Part shown: piece after piece, positions 45,452 to 54,700 of the stretch
How positions within the stretch are numbered: position 1 is the stretch's first letter
How the letters are laid out: each line of letters starts with the position of its first letter
Assembly: GCA_965248575.1 (NCBI GenBank)
Contig: CBDFJQ010000002.1
Coordinates: 3,840,001-3,904,000, forward strand
Direction: 5' to 3'
Origin: Planctomycetota bacterium
GTDB taxonomy: Bacteria; Planctomycetota; B15-G4
DNA length: 64,000 bases
Position numbers and translations under genes: made by a program
Notes under the pieces: model-generated
What the model saw: the letters and a program-made list of their open reading frames with translations, nothing else
Told to the model about the DNA's origin: nothing
The model's database searches: none

Positions 45452-48124
45452 CTACAGGGGGGACAGGACGAGCACCAGGATCTCGGCGTCGTCGGGGCTC
45501 CAACTGCGCTGCAGTGTCGCGTGGCCTTCGGCAGAGGCCACAAGCTTCAAGGGACTGGGGGGGAGCAACAACTTGGCGACGAAAGGGCTCTCGAGCCCGG
45601 GCACGGGATAGGCCTGGGCATTCTCGCCGGCTGGGTCGAGGCTGGTGCTGGCCACCTGGGCGTCGTCCTCGTCGAGAGCCAGGACCTGGACGGGTGTGTT
45701 GAGCGGTCGGAGGCTTCCTTCTGCGATCTGGGTCTCAAGCCAGGCACCCAACTGCCATCCAGGGGTCCCCGAGACCGGGGCGGGCTCGCTTGGGCTGCCG
45801 CTCAGGATCAGCAGCAGCACGGTGCGTTGGCTGGCCTCGCCGTAGACCAACTCGATGGGCTCGTTGGGTTGGGCGCGCAAGTCGACCGGGTACTCCCGGC
45901 GCGGCCCCAGCCAACCACGCTTGGCGTGGACGACGATGCGCGCGGCGGGGAGCCCCCCGGCGATGGCTTTGCCATCCTCGTTCGTGCGCAGCATCGAATT
46001 GCGGCTACCGGGCCCGCTCTCCACCATGAGGGATTCGCCGTCCTGGCTCTCGAACGTGAGATTCAGTTCGACGGGTGCGCCGCTGCTGTCGACGACATGG
46101 AACCCCACCCGTCGCGTCGGAAGGAACTCGATGTCCAGCCGGTGCTCCCCTTCGTCGTACTCCCGGGCTCCCGCAGACCACGGTGCGTAGCCCTCGGACC
46201 CAGCGTTGATCAGGATCATGCCTTCGTCGAGGCCCGTGATGCGGAAGCGCCCCTCAAGGTCCTCGAAGCTGTAGCTGCTGCCAGCGAAGCCGCCGCCCGC
46301 TCCGGCGTGCATTGGTGAGATTTGGAAGCGCTCCGTGATGGGAAGACCTGTGACACCATCCCGGGCCACACCCGTCAAGGTGACGCCGAGGACGGCGTTG
46401 GGGTCCAGCACGATGCGCAGGTCCTCCCTGCCGGAGCGGACATCCACACTCGCCTGTGTGTTGCCATCAGGAGAGGTTGCATCCACGCGGAACAGACCGT
46501 CGTAGAGGTTGTGCACGGCAAAGGCACCGCTGGCATCGGTGCGCAGCACAGGCCTCCCGAACTGGGCTTCCCAGGTGGGCTTCGGGAAGATGGTCATGTT
46601 TCCGTAGTCCACGAGGCGATCCCCCTCGACCGTGAGGGTGGCCCCTTCCACCGGCTCGCCGTCCTGGTTGACGACCACTCCGGCGAGGGGGCGCTCGGCG
46701 CGCAGCGTCAGATCGACATGATGGGCTCGGCCCTCTTCGAGCACGATGGGTTGCTCCACGTGCACGGCATGGCTGGGTGCCGTCACGGAGAGGGACGCGC
46801 CCGTGTCAGGCGCCAGGCCCTCGAAGCTCAGCAGGCCCTGCTCATCCGCAGTCGTGTTGTCGGCGTTGTAGCCCGGTCCGCTTCGTGATCCGAGACGTCC
46901 GCGAGCCCCTGGTAGTGGTGCGCCGGTGGGGTCGGTGACCCGGGCAGTGAGCCTCAAGCCGGTGATGAGCTCGATCTCCAGCGGGCCGTCGCCGGGTTTG
47001 TGCTCTCCCGTCCATTCGCGGTGGGCGTCGTGCCGGGCGCTCACTGCATACGAGCGTTGGCAGAGCCCTTCGATCAGGAAGCTGCCGTCCGGCTTGCTCA
47101 CGGCGCTGCGCGGCGGCGGGCCAAAGGCAAACATGCCTTCATGCTTGGTGATGCGCTGGGCTGCGGGAAGCCTGGTGCTGAGACGGACCTCCGCTTTCAC
47201 GATGTCCTCGCCGTGGCTGCCGCGGACCGATCCGCCCACGTCTCGTCGCTTGGAGACCACCAGCCGCAATCCGGTCAGGCTTGATTCGAGCGGCACGCTG
47301 CCGTTCAGACCTGTGTGCGGTGCCATGCCTTCAGCTCGGGCGAGCAGGACGACGTCCGGCCCCAGGTGCGGAAGCTGGAACGCACCGCTGTTGTCCGTCT
47401 CCAGGCTGACTTCGGGGGCGGCATAGGCGTCGGCATTCATCCTGTAGTGCCGCCGGGACCAGGCATGAACAATGGCGCCCGGCACCGGCCGACCTTTGAG
47501 ATCGAAGACGGTGCCCGAGAAGCTGGAGCCGCCGTGCACCTGGAAGTCGAAGTGGCTGACACTCCCGGCTTCGAGCTCCCGCCTCTCGGACTGCTTCTGG
47601 GTGGGTGAGCGCGAGCCGGCTTGGATGACGAGTTGTGAGATCGTCACGGCACCCTCGAACGCGAACGAGTAGCGGCCGTCCTCATCGGTCCTGGTGACGA
47701 GGGTGGTGGAGGCCTTCGAATCCGAGAGGCTCTGCTCGAGTGCGCTGGAGGGTGTGACATGCGCCGTCAATTGCAGATCCGTGGCGGGCAGATCATCGGT
47801 TGCGTAGGTCACGCGCCCCTCAAGCCTGGCCATGGCCTCGCTGTCGCTTGCCGTCAGGGTGGCCGTCGGCGGTGGGGTTCTGGCTTTCTCCGACAGCTCC
47901 AGCGACCGGACCTCCGCAGCCTCTGTGCCGGGAAGTGCGGGCGGGAGCTCCATGCCCGGTTTTTGCTGCTCAGTCGCGTGCGAACCGCGGTCGCCCGGCG
48001 AACTCTCCGCGGACTCCTGTCCGTCGTCGGAAAGCACCGTGAGGGTCGCTACCAGGGCGAGCAGGATCACTGCTCCAGCCACCACCGTCATGCCTCGATT
48101 CATGGGGGCGAGGATACTCCTCAC
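45452..48124 (-). CDS. Membrane-anchored protein with multiple carboxypeptidase-regulatory-like repeats
   Basis: N-terminal TM; repeats LEGRVT, TDEDGRY, GTVFDLKGRPVPGA, RVTDPTGAPLPGA, GVVVNQDGEPVEGA. Confidence 0.8.
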   Translation of the reverse strand: MRSILAPMNRGMTVVAGAVILLALVATLTVLSDDGQESAESSPGDRGSHATEQQKPGMELPPALPGTEAAEVRSLELSEKARTPPPTATLTASDSEAMARLEGRVTYATDDLPATDLQLTAHVTPSSALEQSLSDSKASTTLVTRTDEDGRYSFAFEGAVTISQLVIQAGSRSPTQKQSERRELEAGSVSHFDFQVHGGSSFSGTVFDLKGRPVPGAIVHAWSRRHYRMNADAYAAPEVSLETDNSGAFQLPHLGPDVVLLARAEGMAPHTGLNGSVPLESSLTGLRLVVSKRRDVGGSVRGSHGEDIVKAEVRLSTRLPAAQRITKHEGMFAFGPPPRSAVSKPDGSFLIEGLCQRSYAVSARHDAHREWTGEHKPGDGPLEIELITGLRLTARVTDPTGAPLPGARGRLGSRSGPGYNADNTTADEQGLLSFEGLAPDTGASLSVTAPSHAVHVEQPIVLEEGRAHHVDLTLRAERPLAGVVVNQDGEPVEGATLTVEGDRLVDYGNMTIFPKPTWEAQFGRPVLRTDASGAFAVHNLYDGLFRVDATSPDGNTQASVDVRSGREDLRIVLDPNAVLGVTLTGVARDGVTGLPITERFQISPMHAGAGGGFAGSSYSFEDLEGRFRITGLDEGMILINAGSEGYAPWSAGAREYDEGEHRLDIEFLPTRRVGFHVVDSSGAPVELNLTFESQDGESLMVESGPGSRNSMLRTNEDGKAIAGGLPAARIVVHAKRGWLGPRREYPVDLRAQPNEPIELVYGEASQRTVLLLILSGSPSEPAPVSGTPGWQLGAWLETQIAEGSLRPLNTPVQVLALDEDDAQVASTSLDPAGENAQAYPVPGLESPFVAKLLLPPSPLKLVASAEGHATLQRSWSPDDAEILVLVLSPL

Positions 48125-48127
48125 CCG

Positions 48128-49240
48128 TCACGGATTCGGCAACTTCCGGGCGAGGGTGTACCAGGCGAAGAACTCTTGCTCGACCTCTTCGGCGGTGCCC
48201 CAGTCCAGGAGCATGCCCTGGCGACGGGTCGCCTCGTTGTCCTCGCGGCTGAACTCCAGCAGCTCGAAACCGGCGGCCTCCCATGCCTCCCGCGTGAAGG
48301 GCGAGCGACCGTCGGCCCAGGGGATATAGGCCTCATCCTCGGCGGCTTCGGGCGGACAGATGTTGTAGATCATCGCCAACCCGCCTGGCTTGAGGATGCG
48401 ATGCAACTCGGCCAGGAACTGCTCGTCGCCCACGCCCAGATCGATGGTCATGCGCGGGTCCACCTCACGCGCCGGATGGATGTAGCCCCGCTTGAGGGTG
48501 TTCTTGCTGAGGAACACGTCATAGCCGGCGCCGACTTCGTCGACGACCCCGGGCTCCGCTGGCCAACGCCCCTCGATCAGGGTGACGCGTCCGCCGGGTG
48601 CAGACGCGCTGGATTGGTTGGCGGCTCCGGCGACTGGCCCCTGATCGCCGGGCTCGCAGTAGAGGGCCTTGAGGAATGAGTCCACGTCGACTCCGCGAGC
48701 GTCCGCCCCTGCGAGAGCCAGCGTGCGCAAATGGCCGAGCGTTCCGTATCCCAGGTCGAGAACGCGCAGGCCATGCCAGGAGGACACGCCGGCGGCGCCG
48801 AGCAGGTCCAACGGGCGGCTGTACGCAAGGGGAGATCCGTAGCGGGTGAGGTAGAAGGTCTCCGGGCCGAAGGACTGCTCGTCGAGGGCAGAGCGCTCCT
48901 GCTCGGGAAGAGCAGAGGCGGCCGCTGGAGAGAGGGCGCGGCCCGTGCTTGGCGAGCGGTAGATGGTGCGGGCTTCCGGAGGCGGAAGATGTTCGACGGC
49001 TTTCAGGAAGGCCTTGCCGGCATCACTCTGAACGAGGGCTGTCAGCGAAGCTGCTTCTGCACGAAGTTGTTTGAGCAGTGTCTCGGCGGCCTGCACCTGC
49101 TCGTCGTCGGATTCTTGAGTGCAGGGAGTCACAGGGGCGGGGAGTGCGAGTGGGCCGCACAGCGCGGCCACGGGAGTCGAGCTGCCGAGCAGGGCGAGGC
49201 TGCTTGCCGCAATCGGGATGAGGCGTGAGAGGGCGATCAT
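48128..49240 (-). CDS. Signal-peptide-bearing SAM-methyltransferase-fold protein
   Basis: Hydrophobic N-terminus; RVLDLGYGTLG, GVDVD, LHRILKPGG. Confidence 0.7.
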   Translation of the reverse strand: MIALSRLIPIAASSLALLGSSTPVAALCGPLALPAPVTPCTQESDDEQVQAAETLLKQLRAEAASLTALVQSDAGKAFLKAVEHLPPPEARTIYRSPSTGRALSPAAASALPEQERSALDEQSFGPETFYLTRYGSPLAYSRPLDLLGAAGVSSWHGLRVLDLGYGTLGHLRTLALAGADARGVDVDSFLKALYCEPGDQGPVAGAANQSSASAPGGRVTLIEGRWPAEPGVVDEVGAGYDVFLSKNTLKRGYIHPAREVDPRMTIDLGVGDEQFLAELHRILKPGGLAMIYNICPPEAAEDEAYIPWADGRSPFTREAWEAAGFELLEFSREDNEATRRQGMLLDWGTAEEVEQEFFAWYTLARKLPNP

Positions 49241-49485
49241 GAGGTGATTCCGAGCAGGAGGAGTCGAATCAGCGCGGCTCACAGGGTGGAGCAGGGGCCG
49301 CACGCGCGCCTCTGTCGATCCGGTGACCGTTGAATGTTTGCTCGTCTCCGCCGTCCCCTTCAGCGGGCCGCCACGTCGAGTCGCACCTGTGGCGTTAGGA
49401 TGGTCGCCCTGCCTTCACGAAGGTTGCCTGGGCCTACCGGCCGAGCGCCTCTCCCCTTCTCACCTCCTCGGTTTCGGAGTGCCTC

Positions 49486-51987
49486 GTGCTGCAAACGAAT
49501 CGCCTTGCCTCGGCTGGTTCCGCATGGATCGTTGCCCTCGCTTTGCTGCTGGGAGCGCCAGGTGTTGCGGCGCAAGAGGGGTATCGCTTGCCGCCGCCAG
49601 AGATCGTGAAGATCCTCGACGCCGCACCCTTGCCGTGGGTGAGTGCGAGCCCCACGGGCGACAGCTTGTTGTTCCTCAAGCGCGAGAACCTGCCGCCCAT
49701 TCAGGAGATGGCGCAGCCCATGTTGAAGCTGGCTGGGCAACGGGTGAACCCCGCCACGAACGCGGCCTTCGGTCCACGGAGCATCGTCGGCTTTCGCGCG
49801 CTGGGCGCCGGGGGTAAGCAGCTAGCTGTTCATCAGGCTGGCCCGGGTGTCGGTCTGGGCTGGCCCAACTGGTCCCCGGATGGGGAGCTGGCGGCGTTCA
49901 CGGTGACGGAGGCGGGGCCGGATCGCTCGGGCGTCGGCTTGCAGGTTCTGGAACTCCGCAGCGGGTCGCTCAAGGTGGTAACCGGCGCGACGTTGAACAC
50001 GCTGGGCGTCTCCCCGCAATGGCTTCCGGGCCAGCGGTCCTTGCTCGTGGGTTTCGTCCGGGTCGGGGCGGCCGAGGGTGGCGGGGGCAGGCTTGAGCGG
50101 CGGTTGCCACCGACGGAACCCCTGGTTCCCACCGGACCGGTGATCCAGGAGAACCTCGGTGGTGTGCCTGCACCTGTCCGCACTTACCAGGACTTGCTCC
50201 GCAACACGCACGACGAAGCCCTCTTCGAGCACCACTTCGACACCCAGTTGGCGGTGGTGGATGTGGACACCGGCAGGCGTCGCAACATCGGTCCTCCGGG
50301 CTTGTATGTGGAGGCGGTGCCGTCGCCGGACGGCCGCTTCCTGCTGGTGGAACGCTTGGAGCGCCCCTTCAGCTACCTCGTGCCCTGGTACCGCTTTCCG
50401 CGTCACGTAGAAATCTGGGACCTCAAAGGGAACCGGGTCGCGGAGCTCGCGCAGCTGCCGTTGGCGGAGCGCATCCCGATCCAGGGTGTCATCACGGGCG
50501 CCCGGAACCACGGCTGGCGAGCGACCGAAGGCAAGGCTGAGGTCGTCTGGGTCGAAGCCCTCGATGGAGGGGACCCCAAGGCGGAGGCCGAGCATCGCGA
50601 CCGCCTCATGATTCTGGGGGCGCCCTTCAATGGCGGGCCCCGGGAACTGGTGCGGCTCGAAGACCGTTACAGCGGTATCAACTGGATCGGCGACCAGGAT
50701 CTGGCGTGGGTGACGGAGTACGACCGGGATGCGCGCTGGTCGCGGACCTGGTTGGTCGATGTCGTTCAAGAGGGTGAGGGAGAGGGTGGTCGGCAATTGC
50801 TCCATGAGCGTTCGGTGCAAGACGCCTATGCGAACCCGGGCAGCCCAATCATGGAGCGCAACGCTGGCGGGCAGTCAGTGGTCAGGGTCCTGGAAGGCAC
50901 CATCCTGCTGAAGGGTTCGGGCGCGTCAGACGAAGGGGATCGACCCTTCCTTGATCACCTGGACCTGGCGACTTTGGAGACGACCCGACTTTGGCGGAGT
51001 TCGGGCGACGAGTACGAGACTGTCGTGGAGTTCCTCGCTGCCGATGAGTCGGGTTGGGAGGTGCTGACCCGGCGGGAGACGCCGACGGAGCCCCCGAACT
51101 ACTACCGCCGGACGGTGCCACGCGGCGGCGGCGATTCACGGCGGGTGGCGATCACGAAGTTCGAGCATCCCGCGCCCGAGTTGCTCGAGGTGCAGAAGGA
51201 ACTGGTGACCTACAAGCGGGCAGATGGCGTGGCCTTGTCGGCAACGCTGTATCTACCTCCGGGGCACGAGGCTGGCGACCAGCACCCGTTGCTCGTGTGG
51301 GCCTACCCGCGCGAGTTCAACGACGCCGCCCTGGCCAGCCAGGTGCGTGGGTCTCCTTGGCGCTTCACCTTGTTCGGAGGCAGCTCCCACCTGTTCATGC
51401 TGACGCAGGGATACGCCATCATGGATGGGGCGACCATGCCCGTGGTCGGGGACGACCCGGAAACGGTGAATGACACCTTCATCCATCAGATCGTGGCCAG
51501 CGCAGAGGCTGCCGTGCAGGAGGCCGTGAAGCGCGGCGTCTCGGACGGGCGGCACGCCGCGGTCGCCGGACACTCCTACGGTGCGTTCATGACGGCGAAC
51601 CTCCTGGCGCACAGCGATCTGTTCAAGGCGGGCATCGCGCGCAGCGGCGCCTACAACCGGACCCTGACTCCCTTCGGGTTCCAGGCTGAGCGACGCACGT
51701 TCTGGGAAGCGCCGGAGACGTACTTCGCGCTCTCGCCGTTCATGCACGCCGACAAGATCAACGAACCCCTGCTGATGATCCACGGCATGGAGGACAACAA
51801 CAGCGGGACCTTCCCGATCCAATCGGAGCGCATGTATCACGCCGTGAAGGGGCATGGCGGCACGGCGCGCCTGGTGATGCTCCCGGAGGAGAGTCATGGC
51901 TACCGCGCCCGGGAGTCCGTGATGCACACGCTCGCAGAGATGACCGACTGGCTGGACCGCTGGGTGAAGCCGGAGCCCGGCCTCTAG
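49486..51987 (+). CDS. S9 family (prolyl oligopeptidase-like, glutamyl peptidase-type) serine peptidase, exported
   Basis: GHSYG, ARSGAYNRTLTPFGFQ, HGMEDNN, ESHGY. Confidence 0.93.
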   Translation: MLQTNRLASAGSAWIVALALLLGAPGVAAQEGYRLPPPEIVKILDAAPLPWVSASPTGDSLLFLKRENLPPIQEMAQPMLKLAGQRVNPATNAAFGPRSIVGFRALGAGGKQLAVHQAGPGVGLGWPNWSPDGELAAFTVTEAGPDRSGVGLQVLELRSGSLKVVTGATLNTLGVSPQWLPGQRSLLVGFVRVGAAEGGGGRLERRLPPTEPLVPTGPVIQENLGGVPAPVRTYQDLLRNTHDEALFEHHFDTQLAVVDVDTGRRRNIGPPGLYVEAVPSPDGRFLLVERLERPFSYLVPWYRFPRHVEIWDLKGNRVAELAQLPLAERIPIQGVITGARNHGWRATEGKAEVVWVEALDGGDPKAEAEHRDRLMILGAPFNGGPRELVRLEDRYSGINWIGDQDLAWVTEYDRDARWSRTWLVDVVQEGEGEGGRQLLHERSVQDAYANPGSPIMERNAGGQSVVRVLEGTILLKGSGASDEGDRPFLDHLDLATLETTRLWRSSGDEYETVVEFLAADESGWEVLTRRETPTEPPNYYRRTVPRGGGDSRRVAITKFEHPAPELLEVQKELVTYKRADGVALSATLYLPPGHEAGDQHPLLVWAYPREFNDAALASQVRGSPWRFTLFGGSSHLFMLTQGYAIMDGATMPVVGDDPETVNDTFIHQIVASAEAAVQEAVKRGVSDGRHAAVAGHSYGAFMTANLLAHSDLFKAGIARSGAYNRTLTPFGFQAERRTFWEAPETYFALSPFMHADKINEPLLMIHGMEDNNSGTFPIQSERMYHAVKGHGGTARLVMLPEESHGYRARESVMHTLAEMTDWLDRWVKPEPGL

Positions 51988-52019
51988 GCCAGCGAGACCT
52001 CGCGTCTCTCCCGTCCGAG

Positions 52020-52661
52020 TCAGCTCTCGTGGATGACGTAGGTGCAGCGGCGATCGCTGCCCAGCATGTACTCCGTACGTTCGACGTGGGCGCGCGGGCC
52101 CAGCACGGCTTCAAAGAGCCGTAGCTCGCCCTCACAGAGCCCGCTGCAGACCGAGGCCGCGGCGCAGATGGGGCAGTGGTTCTCGATCAGGCGCAGGCTG
52201 CCGTCCGCGAGACGCGACCACTCGGCCATGTAGCCCTCGTCCCGTCGGAGGGAAGCCAGGGCAGCGACCTTCTCGGCCAAGGGGGCCGTGGGTGCTGGCA
52301 TGCGCTGCTTGTAGAGTTCCTTCTGCGTCTTGGTCCGGGTGCGGACGAGCTTGCTGAGCCCCTGCTCGCCGAAGGTGGAACGCACAGCATCGATGATGTC
52401 GAGGGTGAGTTCGGCGTGGCTGTCGGGGAAGTGCTCCTGGGCGCCGTCGGCGAGCTGCCAGATCCGCCGGGGTCGGCCCACATGCCCTCGCTCGTCCTCG
52501 GACTGGACTTGTCGCTGTTCCTCGAGCGCGGCCATGTGCTGGCGAATGGCCATGGGGGTGACGCCGAGTCGCTTGGCGAGCTGGCCGGTGCTCTGGGGGC
52601 CTTTTGTCTTCAGGAAGAAGAGCAGCTTGCCCCGCGGGCTTGTGGAGGACGGTGGGCGCAT
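52020..52661 (-). CDS. SufR-like/ArsR-type HTH metalloregulator
   Basis: LGVTPMAIRQH, VGRP, EGYMAE, ENHCPIC...C..LC..E, RRC. Confidence 0.88.
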   Translation of the reverse strand: MRPPSSTSPRGKLLFFLKTKGPQSTGQLAKRLGVTPMAIRQHMAALEEQRQVQSEDERGHVGRPRRIWQLADGAQEHFPDSHAELTLDIIDAVRSTFGEQGLSKLVRTRTKTQKELYKQRMPAPTAPLAEKVAALASLRRDEGYMAEWSRLADGSLRLIENHCPICAAASVCSGLCEGELRLFEAVLGPRAHVERTEYMLGSDRRCTYVIHES

Positions 52662-52685
52662 GGCCACCAGTCTAGACAAGGTCCC

Positions 52686-52753
52686 TCAATAAACACAGGA
52701 AATGCTTTGCAAAGATCCGAGGCTTCGTTGATAAAGAAAGGCACGGCTATTGA
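52686..52753. promoter_or_regulatory. Two imperfect AT-rich repeats, candidate operator of the SufR-like regulator
   Basis: TCAATAAACACAGGAAATGCTTTGCA (52686) and TTGATAAAGAAAGGCACGGCTATTGA (52728) share ATAAA-n-A-n-AGG-n-A-nn-GCT. Confidence 0.4.
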
Positions 52754-52821
52754 AACGAATCAGATGCACTTCAGCGAAGTGTCCTGCCCGCCACTGCCCG
52801 ACCCTGAGAGAGGAGGCTGTC

Positions 52822-53235
52822 ATGCCTGTTGCCCACCTTGACCATCTCAACCTGTCCGTCGCCGATCTGGACGCGACGCGGGACTGGTACCAGCGCGTCT
52901 TCGATTTCGAAGTGCACGAGACGGGCGTCTACAACGGCGCGCCCTGGGCCATCCTCAAGAGCGGGGAAGCCTTGCTCTGCCTCTATGAGTATCCCGATCG
53001 GGAGCATCTGGATGGCGTTGCCCTGAACCAGCGCCAGATCCACGGCTTCAACCACTTCGGCATGCGCATCACGGATCGTGAAGCATGGCTCAGCATGCTC
53101 GAGCGGGAGAGGATCCCGGTGGAGTACGGCGGCGTGGTGCGTTGGCCACACAGCGATGCCTGGTATGTCGTCGACCCGACCGGCTACGAGATCGAAGTCG
53201 TGCTCTGGGATGAGGACCGGGTGAGCTTTGGCTAG
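52822..53235 (+). CDS. VOC/glyoxalase family protein
   Basis: AGGAGG RBS; LDHLNLSVADL...WY, NHFG, YVVDPTGYEIE. Confidence 0.92.
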   Translation: MPVAHLDHLNLSVADLDATRDWYQRVFDFEVHETGVYNGAPWAILKSGEALLCLYEYPDREHLDGVALNQRQIHGFNHFGMRITDREAWLSMLERERIPVEYGGVVRWPHSDAWYVVDPTGYEIEVVLWDEDRVSFG

Positions 53236-53245
53236 GCACCCCTGC

Positions 53246-54529
53246 TCAGGAATCCTCCTGTCCTGCGCTACCCGGAGCCGCCGGCGTCTTGAAGCTCATG
53301 GAGACCTGCCAGCCATAGACGGGGTAGCGCACCCGGGTGCGGTAGCCGCGAAAGTCCTTTGGATTCCAGCCGAAGCGCTCACCGAGATGCTGGAGCATCG
53401 CTGGGTAGTTGGCGATCTCTGTTGCCCTGACCCGGCTGAGATCCACGCCGAGGTACTCGACGGATTCTTCGATGTCGACGCGATCCATGTCCCGAGATCG
53501 GTCGTTCACATTGGCGATGCCGTCGTAGCCCGTGTCGAAGACGACGAGCTCCGGATCTGAGCCCGGGAACGCTTGCTCATGCAGCAACACGTCGAATAGC
53601 AGGGTGCCCACGGGCATGGCGGGTTCGACGAAGAGCGCGCTGCGGGCGAGGGGGTCGTCAGCCGCGTAGCGACGCATGGCGCCAAGGTGATGGTCCACCA
53701 CGAACATGTCGACCGCCTGCTTGGGGCCGAGGATGTCGTCGGGCAGCGTGTATTGCACGGTCTTGCCGATTCGTGTGGCCTCGAGCTTGGCCGGAGGGTT
53801 CACGCAGAAGCGATCCAACTGCTCGATGCCGGGTTCGTCGTCGACGGCATCGCCTTCGTCGCTGTTGTCCGGCTCGTCACCGCTTCGGTAGCGATAGCCG
53901 AAGCGAGCCGTGACTCCGGGGCGGATCCGTTGCATGGCGACGGCCCCGTTGAGCCAGACCAGGTCGAGTCGCTCGGGGTTCTCGGCAGAAGGCCAGATGA
54001 CGGCAGTGCCGAGCCAGTGATCGGCGCAGACACCCTTGAGTTGGCTCAGGCCTTTGAAGACGGAGTACTTGTTGGCCAGCTCGAAGCGTTCCCGGGCACC
54101 GGGCAGGTTGGAGCTGATCATGGCGTCGAGAGCCGGGCGCGTGCCGGCGTCATCGCGGATGAGCCGATCGAAGCGGGCGATGGCGAGGTCGGCTGCCTGG
54201 GCCAGATCGTGGGCTACGCCGAGCCCCCGGGCTGCGCGGACGACCTTGCGCAAGGGTTCCAGGCCCGGCACGTAGTGCAGCACCTCGAGTGGGTCCCGGC
54301 GGCCTGTGGCGTTGAGCAGCCGGCTGGCAACGGCCCGGTTCACCCCCAAATCGCGGGCGAGTTGATTCGGGCGATGGGGGGCGTCGGGGAGGGCTGCCAG
54401 GACATCGGAGAGGGCCTGCCCGAGGGCCGTGCCTACGGCGCGGATGCGTCCATCCACCTCTGGAGGCGCTTCGGCGCGCTCCTCGATGTCGAGCTCGGGA
54501 TCGGTGTCGGATCGAGACGGTGAGGCCAT
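53246..54529 (-). CDS. Uncharacterised protein with N-terminal HTH (putative transcriptional regulator)
   Basis: RPNQLARDLGVNRAVASRLL helix-turn-helix; no signal peptide; the remainder is unrecognised. Confidence 0.7.
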   Translation of the reverse strand: MASPSRSDTDPELDIEERAEAPPEVDGRIRAVGTALGQALSDVLAALPDAPHRPNQLARDLGVNRAVASRLLNATGRRDPLEVLHYVPGLEPLRKVVRAARGLGVAHDLAQAADLAIARFDRLIRDDAGTRPALDAMISSNLPGARERFELANKYSVFKGLSQLKGVCADHWLGTAVIWPSAENPERLDLVWLNGAVAMQRIRPGVTARFGYRYRSGDEPDNSDEGDAVDDEPGIEQLDRFCVNPPAKLEATRIGKTVQYTLPDDILGPKQAVDMFVVDHHLGAMRRYAADDPLARSALFVEPAMPVGTLLFDVLLHEQAFPGSDPELVVFDTGYDGIANVNDRSRDMDRVDIEESVEYLGVDLSRVRATEIANYPAMLQHLGERFGWNPKDFRGYRTRVRYPVYGWQVSMSFKTPAAPGSAGQEDS

Positions 54530-54573
54530 GGGTAGGGGGACTGTTGCAGCCCGATCGAGGGACGTGCCAGAGA

Positions 54574-54612
54574 ATCGCCAACAATTTGGCGATCTATATG
54601 TAATATATTGCA
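54574..54612. promoter_or_regulatory. AT-rich palindromes in divergent promoter
   Basis: ATCGCCAA-caat-TTGGCGAT (54574-54593) and near-palindrome TGTAATATATTGCA (54599-54612). Confidence 0.55.
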
Positions 54613-54700
54613 CACCAGGTGCTCGATAGAACATCTATGAATCGCTCAGGTCTCTCCCCCTGGCCGGCCCCTCAACCCCCATTTCCTTGGATCAATCGTG

